DNA of 64,000 nucleotides from Sporopachydermia quercuum (taxonomy: Eukaryota). Made by a program: the position numbers and the translations under genes. The DNA lies in assembly GCA_001599295.1 (NCBI GenBank), contig BCGN01000010.1, positions 62,001 through 126,000 on the forward strand, given 5' to 3'. Positions 11,090-24,067 of the stretch are shown here, piece by piece; the stretch's first letter is position 1; each line of letters begins with the position of its first letter. The notes under the pieces are model-generated. The model had not been told where the DNA came from and made no database searches. It saw nothing but the letters and a program-made list of their open reading frames with translations.

Positions 11090-11977
11090 TACTGTGTCCT
11101 AAAACTAATTTCTAATCATATATTGTATTCTTATTCTTATATATTTAACATACTACATGCCTTTTATTATCTACATTAATGTCCTGGACTATCACGTGTA
11201 TGCCTGTTATATTGTTATTAAGATCAATGTACCCAATAGAGATGTGTTCCGTAAATCATGAAATTCTGTTCTGTTGCTTCCACCTATTGCCCACAATATA
11301 CCATATGATGGAATTGATAAACTTGAGTTCAAATAATTAATAATATTTTACCTCCGAATTAAACAAATCGGAAACTATGTAAGAATAAAGTTCTCCACCT
11401 CATGCAACGAATAAGGAAGCCTGGATTATTATTACTGTGCTCGCAAATTAAGCTTCTCCCTATACAGATCACCTACATGTAAGATGCATACAGCGGTCTT
11501 GTTCAGGTACCATTCAATGATACGGTAAAACATCGAAATAAATGATTAATGTGTTGTGAAGAAAATTAAAAAAATGGAGAAACAAAATTTGATAGTAAAT
11601 AGCTGGACTAGAGAATCAATCTCGCAAGTATCATAGCTGCACTACAACTTGAACATCAACCCTCGATAGTTGCTCTTCGTTCAATGTCTCATCATCCTTG
11701 ATTCTAAAAAATGCATCACATATGCTCATTACTTCACCTCGATTACTTCGATATCATGAGACAATTCATGTCCATACTTGAACACTTTGGAACCACTGCC
11801 AAACTCGGTCATTTTCTCGGCTTCTCAGCCCTCCAGCTCTCATTATTCCATTTGCCGTTCCGACAACTTCCGTGCGGCTGTATACTCCAACACGTACTTT
11901 GCATCACCAACTATTTCTTCCCTCCAGGAAACTATCGGAACTCTCTTCAAGTGATCCATCTCATTAAACTTTCCGCA

Positions 11978-12217
11978 CACGTGACCCACAAGGAGCCCAA
12001 AACGTATACCGCCCATTACCCTCCTGTTTCCACTGCGCAATGAATCCTGTTCTGTGTTATCAGTGCACAAAAGTTAATAACTATTTTCGTACCCACTAGT
12101 ACAAACGCTAATTACAAAAAAATTTTTCACACCGTAAATTTTTTTTTCCTTATTATGGCCGAATTTTCTGTGAGCGCGCGGCCTTTTTCATTTTTGCTCT
12201 TTTTCTACTTTATATAT
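11978..12217 (+). promoter_or_regulatory. YEF3 promoter elements: Cbf1-type CACGTGAC (11978-11985), RRPE AAAAATTTTTCA (12118-12129), GCGCGCG (12174-12180), T-tracts and TA-rich box
   Basis: Motif matches upstream of a highly expressed translation factor; factor assignments are by analogy to other yeasts. Confidence 0.55.
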
Positions 12218-12575
12218 CCAAACGTATATCCATCTACACATATTTTCTTCTTTCTTTCTCTTCTTCCCTCTTTCCTTCTGAGTACTGGATAACTAGAAAT
12301 TGTTAACAATTTATTGTTGCTTTTTTTTCACCTACCAATAGAGGACAGACTTGTATTTTATTGTTTTCACGGATTGGTAATTGATTTGTATTTCTTTGAC
12401 AAATAACATATTCTGTTTGATTTCTGCCACATCATCAAACAAACAAAGAGTATTTATTATTGTTCCCAAAGGATATAAAACAATAGGTTAAGGATATTAC
12501 TGGGGGTTTAATTTTGGTTATTATTAGATTTTTATACATTGATTCTTTTTTAAAAAATAAAAACGACTGGAAAAA

Positions 12576-15500
12576 ATGGGTACTGCTCCTCAAGTTTTAA
12601 CAGAGCTCTTGCAAAAGCTCACCATTTCATCAACTGAAGATGATCGTGAGGCTGCTGCTACTAATGTTGCATCATTCATCAATGGACCAATTGAAGAACA
12701 CAGCGCTCCATTTGCCTTTTTCGACGATTTGAAGAAAGCTTTGAATAACAAGAAGGACGTCAATGCTAGATTAGGAGCTCTCTCTGCTATCTCTCACATT
12801 GCCTCTGTCAACAACTTGTCACCCACCATTGAACCTCAAGTTGTAGCTTTGTTAGGAGATGTTTTAGCTTTGGTTGGTAACGACAAGCAAAATGATGTTA
12901 AGGCTGCCGCTACCAAGGCTTCCAAGGACATTGTCAGTGCTATCACTCCTTCCAGCATCAAGGCTCTTTTGCCTCCTATTACTGCCTCTATTGCTTCTTT
13001 CAAATGGCAAGAAAAGATTGCAGCTTTGGAATGTGTTTCCCTTTTGGTTGAAACCGCACCTATCCAAGTTGCTTTAAGAATGACTGAATTGATTCCTGTC
13101 TTATCTGAAGCCATGTGGGATACTAAGAAGGACGTCAAGGAACAAGCTTCCAAGACCATGATCAAGTGTACTGAAACCATTCAAAACAAGGATATTGAAA
13201 AGTTCTTGCCTGCTTTGGTCAAGTCAATTGCTCAACCTACCGAAGTTCCTGAAGTTGTCCATACGTTAGGTGCCACTACTTTCGTCTCCGAAGTTACAAC
13301 TCCTACTTTAGCCATTATGGTTCCCCTTTTATCTAGAGGTTTAGTTGAAAGAGACACTTCCATCAAGAGAAAGGCTGCTGTCATTATCGATAATATGTGT
13401 AAGTTGGTCGATGATCCTCAAGTTATTGCTCCTTTTATGGACAAGTTGTATCCTTCATTGAAGCACAACTATGCTAATATCGCCGATCCCGAAGCTCGTG
13501 GTGTCACCTTACGTGCCATCACCACTTTGAAGAGAGTTGGTGAAATCGGTGAAGATGATAAGATTCCCGAAGTTTCTACTGCTGGTGATACCGCCGTCAC
13601 TCTTAGAGAGTTGAAGTCCTTGTTAGACGAAAAGAAGATCAAAGTTGACCCCAAGTTCGACGTTGTCCTCAACTACGTTGCCTGCATTGCTGGTAACTTG
13701 ATTGACGAACGTATCGTTGACTCTGAACCTTGGTACTCCAACATGACTCCTTTCCTTACTATCTTCTTACACGAAGCTGAGGCCAAGGACATCACCGAAG
13801 AGTGGAGAAAGAAGGCTATTGCCAACATTCCTGGTGGACCTGTTTTCGAAGATGAAGATGAAGAAGGTGAAGAGTTATGTAACTGTGAGTTCTCTTTGGC
13901 TTATGGTGCTAAGATCTTGTTGAACAGAACTCAATTAAGATTGAGAAGAGGTAGAAGATACGGTCTTTGCGGTCCTAACGGTTCCGGTAAGTCTACATTG
14001 ATGAGAGCCATTGCTAATGGTCAAGTCGAAGGTTTCCCTACCCAAGATGAATGTCGAACTGTCTATGTCGAACACGACATTGACGGAACTCACGCTGACA
14101 CAGCTGTGTACCAATTCGTCTTGGATGATGGTAATGTTGGTACCGAAGAAGAAGTCAGAAAAGCATTGAACGATTTCGGTTTCACAAATGAAATGATTGA
14201 AATGCCTATTTCCTCCTTATCTGGTGGTTGGAAAATGAAGCTCGCTTTGGCCAGAGCTGTCTTGAAAAAGGCTGATATCTTATTGTTAGATGAACCTACT
14301 AATCATTTGGATACCGTCAACGTTGCTTGGTTAGTCAACTACTTGAACACCTGTGGTATTACTTCCATCATTGTCTCTCACGACTCTGGTTTCTTGGACA
14401 AGGTTGTTGAATACATTATCCATTACGAAAGATATAAGTTGAGAAAGTATAAGGGTAACTTGTCTGAATTTGTCAAGAAGGTTCCTTCCGCCAAGTCTTA
14501 CTATGAATTAGGAGCTTCTGAAGTTGAGTTCAGATTCCCTGAACCTGGTTTCCTTGAAGGTGTCAAGACTAAGCAAAAAGCTATTGTCAAGGTCCAAAAC
14601 ATGTCGTTCCAATATCCTGGTACCACCAAACCTCAAATCAGTGGAATTAACTTCCAAGTCTCCTTATCTTCCCGTATTGCCGTCATTGGCCCTAATGGTG
14701 CAGGTAAATCTACTTTGATTAACGTTTTGACCGGTGAATTATTACCTACCACTGGTGAAGTCTACGTCCACGAAAACTGTCGTATTGCTTACATTAAGCA
14801 ACACGCTTTTGCCCACATTGATTCTCACTTGGATAAGACTCCTTCTGAATATATTCAATGGCGTTTCCAAACCGGTGAAGATCGTGAAACTATGGACAGA
14901 GCTTCCAGACAAATCAACGAAGATGATGAAAACAGCATGAACAAAATCTTCAAGGTTGAAGGTACTCCAAGAAGAATTGCCGCTATCCACGCCAGAAGAA
15001 AGTTCAAGAACTCTTACGAATACGAATGTTCCTTCTTATTGGGTGAAAACATTGGTCAAAAGAATGAACGATGGGTACCTATGATGTCTGTTGACAATGC
15101 TTGGTTACCAAGAGGTGAATTGATTGAAACTCACTCCAAGATGGTTGCTGAAGTCGATATGAAGGAAGCTTTGGCTTCTGGTCAATTCAGACCTTTAACC
15201 AGAAAGGAAATCGAAGCTCACTGTGAAATGTTAGGTCTTGATGCTGAATTGGTTTCTCATTCTAGAATCAGAGGTTTATCTGGTGGTCAAAAGGTTAAGT
15301 TAGTCTTAGCTGCTTGCACTTGGCAAAGACCTCATTTGATTGTTTTAGATGAACCTACCAACTATCTGGATCGTGACTCTTTAGGAGCTTTGTCTAAGGC
15401 TCTTAAGTCTTTCGAAGGTGGTATTGTTATCATTACCCATTCCGCTGAATTCACCAAGGATTTAACTGACGAAGTTTGGGCTGTTGTTGATGGTAAGATG

Positions 15501-15722
15501 ACACCATCTGGCCACAACTGGGTCCAAGGTCAAGGTGCTGGTCCAAGACTAACTGAAAAGGAGGATGAAGGTGATAAGTTTGATGCTATGGGTAACAAGC
15601 TCGAATCAAAGAAGAAGGCCAAGAAGTTAAGCAGTGCTGAATTAAGAAAGAAGAAGAAGGAAAGAATGAAGAAGAAGAAAGAACTTGGTGATGCTTATGT
15701 TTCATCTGATGAAGAATATTAA
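12576..15722 (+). CDS. YEF3: Translation elongation factor eEF3
   Basis: HEAT N-terminus, two ABC cassettes ([28 protein letters not shown]), chromodomain insertion, Lys-rich tail ending YVSSDEEY; strong codon bias. Confidence 0.98.
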   Translation: MGTAPQVLTELLQKLTISSTEDDREAAATNVASFINGPIEEHSAPFAFFDDLKKALNNKKDVNARLGALSAISHIASVNNLSPTIEPQVVALLGDVLALVGNDKQNDVKAAATKASKDIVSAITPSSIKALLPPITASIASFKWQEKIAALECVSLLVETAPIQVALRMTELIPVLSEAMWDTKKDVKEQASKTMIKCTETIQNKDIEKFLPALVKSIAQPTEVPEVVHTLGATTFVSEVTTPTLAIMVPLLSRGLVERDTSIKRKAAVIIDNMCKLVDDPQVIAPFMDKLYPSLKHNYANIADPEARGVTLRAITTLKRVGEIGEDDKIPEVSTAGDTAVTLRELKSLLDEKKIKVDPKFDVVLNYVACIAGNLIDERIVDSEPWYSNMTPFLTIFLHEAEAKDITEEWRKKAIANIPGGPVFEDEDEEGEELCNCEFSLAYGAKILLNRTQLRLRRGRRYGLCGPNGSGKSTLMRAIANGQVEGFPTQDECRTVYVEHDIDGTHADTAVYQFVLDDGNVGTEEEVRKALNDFGFTNEMIEMPISSLSGGWKMKLALARAVLKKADILLLDEPTNHLDTVNVAWLVNYLNTCGITSIIVSHDSGFLDKVVEYIIHYERYKLRKYKGNLSEFVKKVPSAKSYYELGASEVEFRFPEPGFLEGVKTKQKAIVKVQNMSFQYPGTTKPQISGINFQVSLSSRIAVIGPNGAGKSTLINVLTGELLPTTGEVYVHENCRIAYIKQHAFAHIDSHLDKTPSEYIQWRFQTGEDRETMDRASRQINEDDENSMNKIFKVEGTPRRIAAIHARRKFKNSYEYECSFLLGENIGQKNERWVPMMSVDNAWLPRGELIETHSKMVAEVDMKEALASGQFRPLTRKEIEAHCEMLGLDAELVSHSRIRGLSGGQKVKLVLAACTWQRPHLIVLDEPTNYLDRDSLGALSKALKSFEGGIVIITHSAEFTKDLTDEVWAVVDGKMTPSGHNWVQGQGAGPRLTEKEDEGDKFDAMGNKLESKKKAKKLSSAELRKKKKERMKKKKELGDAYVSSDEEY

Positions 15723-16834
15723 ATGGGTTGGTTATAATTATCTCTCATAATTGTAATTAATTTTCTTGATAGAAATATACATACATATGTTTCAATTTTT
15801 AAGTATTTTATAGATAATTGGCTGGAGGAATTAACCATTGAGTCAGTTGATTTGATGTGGCGTCGAAATTATTGATTCTTTGGTTTTTCTAATCAAATAA
15901 ATTTACTTGATTTGTTTATATTTTAGTTGAATTGTAACTTATCGTACTCATTGTATTTATCTTGAGTTATGTCTAATATTTATCAACATAGTGGATGTAA
16001 TCAATTGCAGAGCAACAACAGATTACGCATTTATTTCCACCATTAACGTATGTTGTGTTGTGCTCTTGTTTTTTAGGCTCTCCTCTTCTATTACACTGGA
16101 TTCTAGATTCTGGTCTCTAACTAACGAGTAATATGTATGCTTTTGATATTTAATGTCACTGTTGGAGTTAATTGGTAATATTATCCAAGGGAAGTTAATC
16201 TTCATGTTTGGTTGACATAGAGAAACGCTTCTATTGATTCCAACAATTATAATGCCCTGATTTGAAGAATCCTCTGTGCCATTCTAATATGCAAGAATAC
16301 TAGATAAAGATCATAGACATATCACATACATAGACTATGTATCTCCCACAAAAACGGCTGTTTTGTTTCAAGATGTGTATCTTTTTTGTTTGGAGTATTC
16401 TCTTGATCTTCGGAGATGTAAACAATGGGAATATAAATAATGGTGCAGCTTTTCTCAATCTTTTGATAAAAAACAATTATCACCAGATTTCATTCATGTC
16501 TACTTCATGCTGCTTACTTCAAAGCGGGTGGTCGAGCTGTAAGGTGAACAAGCTATTAGAACAGAGATTGTCAGCCTGATAAAATAGATATCAATTAGAC
16601 ATCATGGACTAACAACTGTTGGTTCTCAAAAAATCCTAAGGTCCTAGTGACTGAGAAATTACTAAAATATGAAATTGGGAAAGGAACAGCGTAGGAGAAC
16701 ATCAATTCTTCTACTTATTTAGTTCATATATCTATATGACATCTCGAACCCATATATCCACCATAACAAACCATCAAAGCAAACATTAACTTATCTTAGT
16801 CATTCAAAATGGTATATACCCATGACACAGATCA

Positions 16835-18307
16835 TCATTGTATTCTTCTTGCTACTGTTTTCCATAGTCTACCAACAGCCCTACTTGCTGTATTATATAT
16901 TTTTTTTATCCATCTTTTAGGCATCACTAGTTGTAAATCATCTTTCGTCATTAATGAATATCTTCCAAACGTTTGGAGATGCATGAACAATCTATAATTA
17001 AATAACAAAATATACCATATGACGAGAATGATGAATGACACTAATAACACCATCAATGGAGGATATTCGAATGCAGTTACTAGAACTTTAGCATCGTATA
17101 GATGCCATGAGGACCCAGGCAGATCAGCAAAGAATCTTGTTTGCATTTCAACTTTAGAATAACCAAAAGGATTTGATGTAGATAAGGAATTGAGAGACAC
17201 ACCAGTAAAGGGGTGAAATACGTTGACGGAGTAATCATCAATGTCCGATTCAACTTCAGTTAATGGAGAAGAGCTGTTGAAAACTTCATCAATAGATCCT
17301 AATTGCTGACTGCTGCCTTGCTGCACTTCTTGTTCTTGCCCCTGTTCTTGCTCCTGTTCCTGTTCTTTGTGATCTTCTTCTGTAGGTGAATACAATACGC
17401 GAAAGTCTAACAAATCCACCTTATCCAAATCCCAGTTCTCACTAATGCTAACCTTCTGCAAATCAGTCTTGGCTCGTGCCATCATCAGCTTGTAATAATT
17501 CTCATTATACCATTTCCACCTTTTGAATCTATTCCATACAACAGTTAAAAATAAAGGCCCTGTACAATACATTATAGTAAAATAAGGCAACACAAACCTA
17601 CTATTAAAGCTCCAATTATAGTTCCATAACTTCAGTGAACCAATGACATTCTGGAAGAATAGATGATTAGGAATGGAACCCATAACGTCATTAGATATCC
17701 CTACAGGTTCAGTATGTCTAGCCCATGCAGGAAATGATAATAACGGATCAATCCTTGATGTACATACTACATCAAGGTCAATATATACTCCACCGTAATG
17801 ATTCAAAATAAAATATCGCAATACATCAGATCTCATGATGTTATATGGATAGCCATCGAAAATAGGTAGAAACCAAGGATAATATTGAGCTATGAATTCT
17901 CTTGCTGATACATCCGTCCATAGGATGTACTTATAGTCTGGATGCAATGCCTTACATGATTGTTGAGCCTCTAGCCAATCAGTCGGAATTGATTCACTTT
18001 TATAAGTTTGATGAATGATTTTGGGTATAATAGGAGTATTGATGTTGATTCCTAAATTGTTATTGTCGTTTGGGCTCATCAGCGCCAGATCTTTTTCGTT
18101 GATTGCATATTTTGGTGAATTGGTGAAAAACAAGCCAATGAAGTCTGTGAAAAGAGGCAGAATATATATGAAAGCTAAGAAGTATACTGTGACAAGTGAG
18201 AAGAGCATGATTTTGTACATGCGCTTTTTTGAGGTTGAAAACTTTGAATATGGTGGATAATTTGATAGGAACTCTTGAGAAACAGAGCCACTGTATCGGT
18301 TGATCAT
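16835..18307 (-). CDS. SUR1: Mannosylinositol phosphorylceramide synthase catalytic subunit (Sur1/Csg1/Csh1, GT32)
   Basis: IPKIIHQTY, YGGVYIDLD (DXD), GISNDVMGS, TGPLFL, GSSWH..DA; N- and C-terminal TM segments. Confidence 0.9.
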   Translation of the reverse strand: MINRYSGSVSQEFLSNYPPYSKFSTSKKRMYKIMLFSLVTVYFLAFIYILPLFTDFIGLFFTNSPKYAINEKDLALMSPNDNNNLGININTPIIPKIIHQTYKSESIPTDWLEAQQSCKALHPDYKYILWTDVSAREFIAQYYPWFLPIFDGYPYNIMRSDVLRYFILNHYGGVYIDLDVVCTSRIDPLLSFPAWARHTEPVGISNDVMGSIPNHLFFQNVIGSLKLWNYNWSFNSRFVLPYFTIMYCTGPLFLTVVWNRFKRWKWYNENYYKLMMARAKTDLQKVSISENWDLDKVDLLDFRVLYSPTEEDHKEQEQEQEQGQEQEVQQGSSQQLGSIDEVFNSSSPLTEVESDIDDYSVNVFHPFTGVSLNSLSTSNPFGYSKVEMQTRFFADLPGSSWHLYDAKVLVTAFEYPPLMVLLVSFIILVIWYILLFNYRLFMHLQTFGRYSLMTKDDLQLVMPKRWIKKIYNTASRAVGRLWKTVARRIQ

Positions 18308-20231
18308 TTTTTTTTTTTTGAGTGGAATGCTTCATGAAATTGTAACAAAGGTTTGACCATATATGATCAAGCACTAAAAGAGTGCTACTCAACCAGTAAA
18401 TGAAAAAGAGTGAACAAGCAGAATGATACCAGGTACTATTTCATAGAATCAACAGACGAACAGAAATTCACAGATCTCACCTCAAAGCTCACGACCAAGA
18501 GTCAACACAGATAATGAGTAATATGCAATCAGTGCCCAACGTTCAATAGTATGATTAATGATAGAGAGTATGCTTCTAGTAACAAAATATGAATACTGCA
18601 ATCTAATCGCTGATAAGCAATCAGTCTTGTAAAGAGATCAAAGCCGTGATCGTTGAATGAAAGCCGAGCTTGCGATTTAACTGAATACTTGTTGAACGAA
18701 GAGGAACAACATTCAAAACTAGATACAGTATAATAGCAATTATTAGCGGGTCATCCACTATTTCAAAGAGATGCTTAAACAGTATTTTTGTGTATTTGCA
18801 ACCGAGTTTGATCTAATAAGATATTCTTGGGTAATTCTCTACAATGCTGAATGAACTCTTGTAAATTGGTTTCGAAGCCTTCGAGCCATTTGAGCCCTTT
18901 GACTGCACAAATTGTTTCTTTCCCTTTTAAATCAAAAGTAAAGGCCAAGCTTATTATTAACGTGTAGCAACAATAGAATACCAATAAATAAAAGCAGAAT
19001 AATGGCAGTATCAACATTTGCAAATACTAACCAGAAACAAACCTATCAGTATCTACAGTGGAAGCTAGTTGATACGCGACTCACTTTTGTCCTTCCAACA
19101 CGAAAAGAATCACAACCCGTTCGTGTTTGCTTTGCTGGAAAATTAACTGACGGATACAAAAGCGTAACTGATCTCTAAATAATACAAAATTGGGAGCTCA
19201 GGTTGCGTGGTTAAGCACTAGGTGAACGAGCAAAAAGTATTCTGCTAGAACTGTTTCTTATTATTGGCGACGATTTGATTTGATTGTGGTAATCCGTTTC
19301 GAGCAAAACAGGGTTGGGGTTCCAGCATGAACAAAAGGTGGGGTGCCACGTGATATCTCGAATAGATAGGCGAGAAAAATCGACGGTTGAATGTCTGCGT
19401 AAAAGAAAAATGAGTCACAGAAATCAACAGGAACAGCAAAAAATTAACTTCTACAACAAAGTTTAAGGGACTATTATTAATTAAAGCATTTTGATAGCTT
19501 GCAACGTTGTCTAACACTGNCAAATGGTTAACTATTGACAAATAACTAAAATAATGAGAACATTCTGAAACACTCACGGCTGGAGATTCTCAATTAGGTT
19601 AGTTGCAGTAGGAAATATGTAGATAGTTGATTATAGATAAGGTGGTTTGGAAATTTGCAGTGGAAAACGAGCATTCACTGAAATTTCAGTAGAATTTTTG
19701 TAAACTATCAAAACAAGGGGAAAAATTGTTTTGGGTTAATTACGAATTAGTGATATCTAACTGGAGATTCTATTGGGATCTCCTCTGTTAATTTCATAAA
19801 CGTTTTGAAGATACTCAATTAGTAAATCGTAATTACAAAACAGGAAGTTAAAATAGTGTTAAAAAAGAATAGTTGGTACTAGTCGAACTTTACTTATGAC
19901 AAGATTCGAAGCTCACTCGTCAATGGTCAATTATTAAATTTGATTGCCGAAACAAAATGAAAGATAATTAGTTGGAATAAAGAAACTTGAACAGTCAGAA
20001 GTCAAAAAATGTAGGCTTGTACAGTGGGTAAAATCTGCTCTCTCGTTGTACTACTCCCCAAAATGCTACTACTCTCGTTCTGGAAACAATGAAGGACCCA
20101 CTGAACTTGCCTCTCTACGACTATTCAATATGTCAACATAAATAAATCATAACAGTTTTTGTAAAATTCTCTTGATCATTTTCTTTTTGTCTATCCACAC
20201 GTAACTACTATCTATATCGTATAGCTATTGT

Positions 20232-23200
20232 CTAATGCTTCTTCTTCTTTCCTTTTCCACCAGCACCTCCATTGCTACCAGCACTTGCTCCTTTGGATCT
20301 TGCTTTACCAACAGCTTTACTCATTGCATCAGGGACAACCAATTTGATCTTACTAACAGCAATAGGTAACAGCAAATCAGTATCTTTGATCTGTTTCAAG
20401 ATCTCCAGTTCTTTGGGCCAGGGGTAAAACTTGTCACTCTGGGTGGTATCAACCTTCAAAGGATTAGTAAACATATACAAACATTGATTGATAGCTTTGC
20501 CTTTCTTCAGGTTACCTGGTTGAATCTTCACTTTATACTTATACTTCAATAAAGCGTTCCAAGGACCAAATATTGGAACAAGATTAATAGGATTATCATC
20601 CGAATTCAATATAGGAACAATGGAATCAAGCTTATTAATATAGTCAGTATCCACAGCATTATCAGCGTTACTATTATCTAATAATTCCTGCTGTTTTCTT
20701 ATCAAACTTTCCTCATAACGTTTCTTCTGCTCCTGTTTTCTTTTCAATTGCTGTAGCCGTTGTAACTCTGCTTCCTCAGCAGCTTTCCTCTTTTCACTTT
20801 CCTTCTCAACACCTTTTAATGTCCCTAAAGCTTGCATACGTAGATTTCGCTCTTCTTCATCTTGATCTGCATATTTGGTTGCCATCTTCTTCAGTTTTCC
20901 TTTCTTTCCTCTTACTTTTGAAACAGAAGCATTAGTACCACCAGTAGATTTCTTAGAAGACACGTTCAATTCATCAAGCTGTGACATTATATCGTTTATC
21001 GTACTACTGGCAGCAGAATCAGAAGTAGAATTCATCTCGTTGTTAAAAGTATTGGCATAGTTTGAGATATCAATTCCTTTCTTCATTAGTTTTCTTTCCT
21101 TAGCCGAAAGGCGTTTCTTACCTGCGACACCAGCAGCATTAGAAGAGATACTATCAGAATTAGTATCAATACTGGCAGCGCTGCTTTTACTATCATCCGA
21201 TTCATTTTCAGTTTCCTTTTCATCATTTTGTTCGAATTGTTCTTGTTGACGCTTGAAACTGTCTAAACCGTAACGCTCTGCTTGGGACTTTAAATCAGAT
21301 TCATCATCTTTATCAGCAGCAGTCGCGGTTGAATACGATTCTGTCTTCTCACTATCATTATCATTAGAATTAGAGGATCCAATGATACTAGAACCAGCGA
21401 CGGCTATTGTAGTATTCTTACTACCATCAGAATTATTAATGTTATCAGTGGAAGCTTCGTCATTGCCTGGATTCTTAGTACTATCACCATCGTTTGTCTT
21501 TTCATCATTCTCATCCATAATTTCCTCCTTTTCATCTACATAAACACCCATCTGCTTCTCTCTCTCTGTTCTCATCTCCTTATACCGGTGAGTGGTCTCC
21601 TCATCAACTAACCAACCTATGGCAAAGCCCATCACCAACTGACTAGGCGGCAGAAATACCTTATCTCCAGTGATAGCAAATTCACCAGGTTGCATGCCAA
21701 TCTCTTTCTGAACTTGATTATACTTAACCCACCAGGCCGATGTAACCATTTTCGCTTCCCATGCTTTAGATGTAGACACTGCAAACGTTCCTGCCTGCAT
21801 TAATGCCATTGGTGATACTTCGTCAAACCCAGGTCTGTTTTTAACTATTAGAGCACAGGAGCCTTCAATATCACTTGAAACGTAAACATCACCAGGTTTG
21901 AAGTATTTAGCATACAGAATATCGTTTTGGGCACCGTCTTTGCCTCCTAAAACCANGAACCCATCACTGGAAATGAACCAGTAAAATTTCTCAAACCAGT
22001 AGGGCTGCCTCACAGATTTTAACTGTTGGATATCAGATTTTAGATGCCTTTTCATGTCTCTGGATATTTTATCCTGAGTAGATTTCAAAGCATAATCAGC
22101 CTGTTTTATCGTTTTGTTTTGTTGAAGAGCGGCTTGCCGCTTCTTATCAAAATAGGTAACTGCATTGGCCCAGGCAGATATGCCAAGATCTATCGATACT
22201 TCAGTAGTTTTAACAGGAGAAGACTTTCCACGGGAACGGTTACATGATATGGAAGAACGGCCAGAGTCTGAGTCAGAATCGGAAGAACTATCAGAAGAGC
22301 TGTCGGAAGAGTTTTCGGAATCCAATTCCGAGCCAGAACCGGAGTCAGATTTGTTATTAGAATCGAAATCTTCGTTGTAGTAACTAGGCAAGGGTAGTAT
22401 CACTTTCACCCTGTTATTTTCCAAATCCAAAGGCAGTTTGATATTGGTAGCTATAGGATCTCTTCTTGACTGTCTTTCGGTAATCAATTTCTCGATATTC
22501 ACCCAATCCATGCTTTGATTGATATATTTCAGCACATACTCCTTAACTTGTTCCACCAAATCAGCGTTATCCTGTATAGCTTCACCTTGCAATTGGGATA
22601 ATTTCTGCTGTGTTTCCAGCGATTCCAACCGTTTATCACGTTCAGCTTTGGCAGCATTCAAACGTTTATCTGCCAATTTCTCTTGTTGCAATACTTTCAA
22701 AGAAGCTTTGGTTGCTTCAACAGTAGAAAAGAACCTGTCAGCAGTACGATTATAACCAGAAACTTTGATCAATTCGTATGTTTTTTCTTCAGTGCCTTTC
22801 GGAACTAAAGGTTTAAAAGGATGGAAATCATCAAAAATACGACTTTTATCCTCAGGATTAATTCCAGAAGGTAAATTATCAACCGTAGCAGCAATAATGC
22901 TGGTAGCAACACTACTAGTGTTTCTACTGTTATCTTTATAGGCAACTATATAACCAGCTAAAGATTCAGGCTCCTGTTTAATGGTAACATTGATACTCTG
23001 TAACGTTTCGACTGACTTCTTGATCGCCTGGACTATTAAACTGACTTGTGAAGAGTCAACTGATGATATGTCAATGTTAGAGCTAAGAGTGTCAGGCTCA
23101 ATTCCCACTTCATATAACGATTTAGTGATTAAACCTGACGATAAATAGCTCAAATGTGAGTATAGCAACTTGGAAATTGAATACTGTTTCCTTTGCTTCT

Positions 23201-23825
23201 TCTGTCTCTTAGCACCAGGAGTTGCCACAGAGTTATTGCTAGCACTATTAACAGCTGTCTTTTCTTCCTCAGTTTTAACCCATTCAACTATATCTTGATT
23301 TTTCACTTTAGAAATATCGTCTAAAGTCAGATTTGAGTCATTCAGCATTTGTAAAGACTGGAAATTGTATTTGACACCAACAGAGATTCTTTGCTGACTG
23401 AGCTTCTCCGTCACCACTCTTTGGAAGGCTAATATTATATGGTCCTTATCAAGAAGAATAACATTGCCACCAGCGTAGAATTCTAAAACCAAATAAAATA
23501 AACCATCACTGAAACTCAACACAAGTACTCTGTCAGTACCTAATTGATAGATATCATTTAGCCTTCGTGTTTTCAAATGCTTTCTAAGCTTTGCTATAAA
23601 GCTGGATGGCACGGGAGCGGTTGGTCTTGCAAAATCTGTGAGGTGTACTCTGAAGCCAGAATCAACCAGCAGCATTCTTTTCTCATCAGGAATTGAGAAT
23701 TTCAGCAAAATGATGTTGGAACCAGTGGTAACATCGTAGATGTTCTGCAGGCGGAAACCTATGAGCTTTCTTTTCAGCTCTTGGGTGATGATTTGAAGGT
23801 CTAGCGAGCTGTAACGTTGTTTCAT
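20232..23825 (-). CDS. RQC2: Ribosome quality control complex subunit Rqc2/Tae2 (NEMF)
   Basis: MKQRYSSLDL, KLRKHLKTRRL, DRVL, WFEKFYWFISSDG, KYKYKVKIQPG..KKGKA. Confidence 0.96.
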   Translation of the reverse strand: MKQRYSSLDLQIITQELKRKLIGFRLQNIYDVTTGSNIILLKFSIPDEKRMLLVDSGFRVHLTDFARPTAPVPSSFIAKLRKHLKTRRLNDIYQLGTDRVLVLSFSDGLFYLVLEFYAGGNVILLDKDHIILAFQRVVTEKLSQQRISVGVKYNFQSLQMLNDSNLTLDDISKVKNQDIVEWVKTEEEKTAVNSASNNSVATPGAKRQKKQRKQYSISKLLYSHLSYLSSGLITKSLYEVGIEPDTLSSNIDISSVDSSQVSLIVQAIKKSVETLQSINVTIKQEPESLAGYIVAYKDNSRNTSSVATSIIAATVDNLPSGINPEDKSRIFDDFHPFKPLVPKGTEEKTYELIKVSGYNRTADRFFSTVEATKASLKVLQQEKLADKRLNAAKAERDKRLESLETQQKLSQLQGEAIQDNADLVEQVKEYVLKYINQSMDWVNIEKLITERQSRRDPIATNIKLPLDLENNRVKVILPLPSYYNEDFDSNNKSDSGSGSELDSENSSDSSSDSSSDSDSDSGRSSISCNRSRGKSSPVKTTEVSIDLGISAWANAVTYFDKKRQAALQQNKTIKQADYALKSTQDKISRDMKRHLKSDIQQLKSVRQPYWFEKFYWFISSDGFXVLGGKDGAQNDILYAKYFKPGDVYVSSDIEGSCALIVKNRPGFDEVSPMALMQAGTFAVSTSKAWEAKMVTSAWWVKYNQVQKEIGMQPGEFAITGDKVFLPPSQLVMGFAIGWLVDEETTHRYKEMRTEREKQMGVYVDEKEEIMDENDEKTNDGDSTKNPGNDEASTDNINNSDGSKNTTIAVAGSSIIGSSNSNDNDSEKTESYSTATAADKDDESDLKSQAERYGLDSFKRQQEQFEQNDEKETENESDDSKSSAASIDTNSDSISSNAAGVAGKKRLSAKERKLMKKGIDISNYANTFNNEMNSTSDSAASSTINDIMSQLDELNVSSKKSTGGTNASVSKVRGKKGKLKKMATKYADQDEEERNLRMQALGTLKGVEKESEKRKAAEEAELQRLQQLKRKQEQKKRYEESLIRKQQELLDNSNADNAVDTDYINKLDSIVPILNSDDNPINLVPIFGPWNALLKYKYKVKIQPGNLKKGKAINQCLYMFTNPLKVDTTQSDKFYPWPKELEILKQIKDTDLLLPIAVSKIKLVVPDAMSKAVGKARSKGASAGSNGGAGGKGKKKKH

Positions 23826-24060
23826 TGTGTTGAGGCAAGAGATAAAATTAGGTCTTCATAGGGTATAAAAGAGTGAAAGTGTAGTTGGAATAACAGTTAA
23901 TGCAAAAGATAAGATCTCTTACCAGTTTTCGGTGGTTTAAATTGATATTTTCTGTATTACTGCTTTCATTAGTAGGAGGAAATGAAGGTAATTGACGGCA
24001 GATCTATATATGTTGCAGACATCACGTCTCAGTTTAGTGAAAAAAGTAAAAGTTCAAAAG

Positions 24061-24067
24061 TTACCCG
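24061..24067 (+). promoter_or_regulatory. Reb1-type site TTACCCG upstream of RQC2
   Basis: Exact motif about 235 bp upstream of the RQC2 ATG; the same TTACCCGGC occurs at 32624 upstream of SWS2. Confidence 0.5.

Noticed and set aside
11711..12070. Overlapping 110-aa and 75-aa ORFs upstream of YEF3
   Set aside because: No protein-like features; the region coincides with YEF3 promoter motifs.
19190..19235. tRNA-like A-box (TGGTTAAGC)
   Set aside because: No T-arm/B-box or cloverleaf follows.
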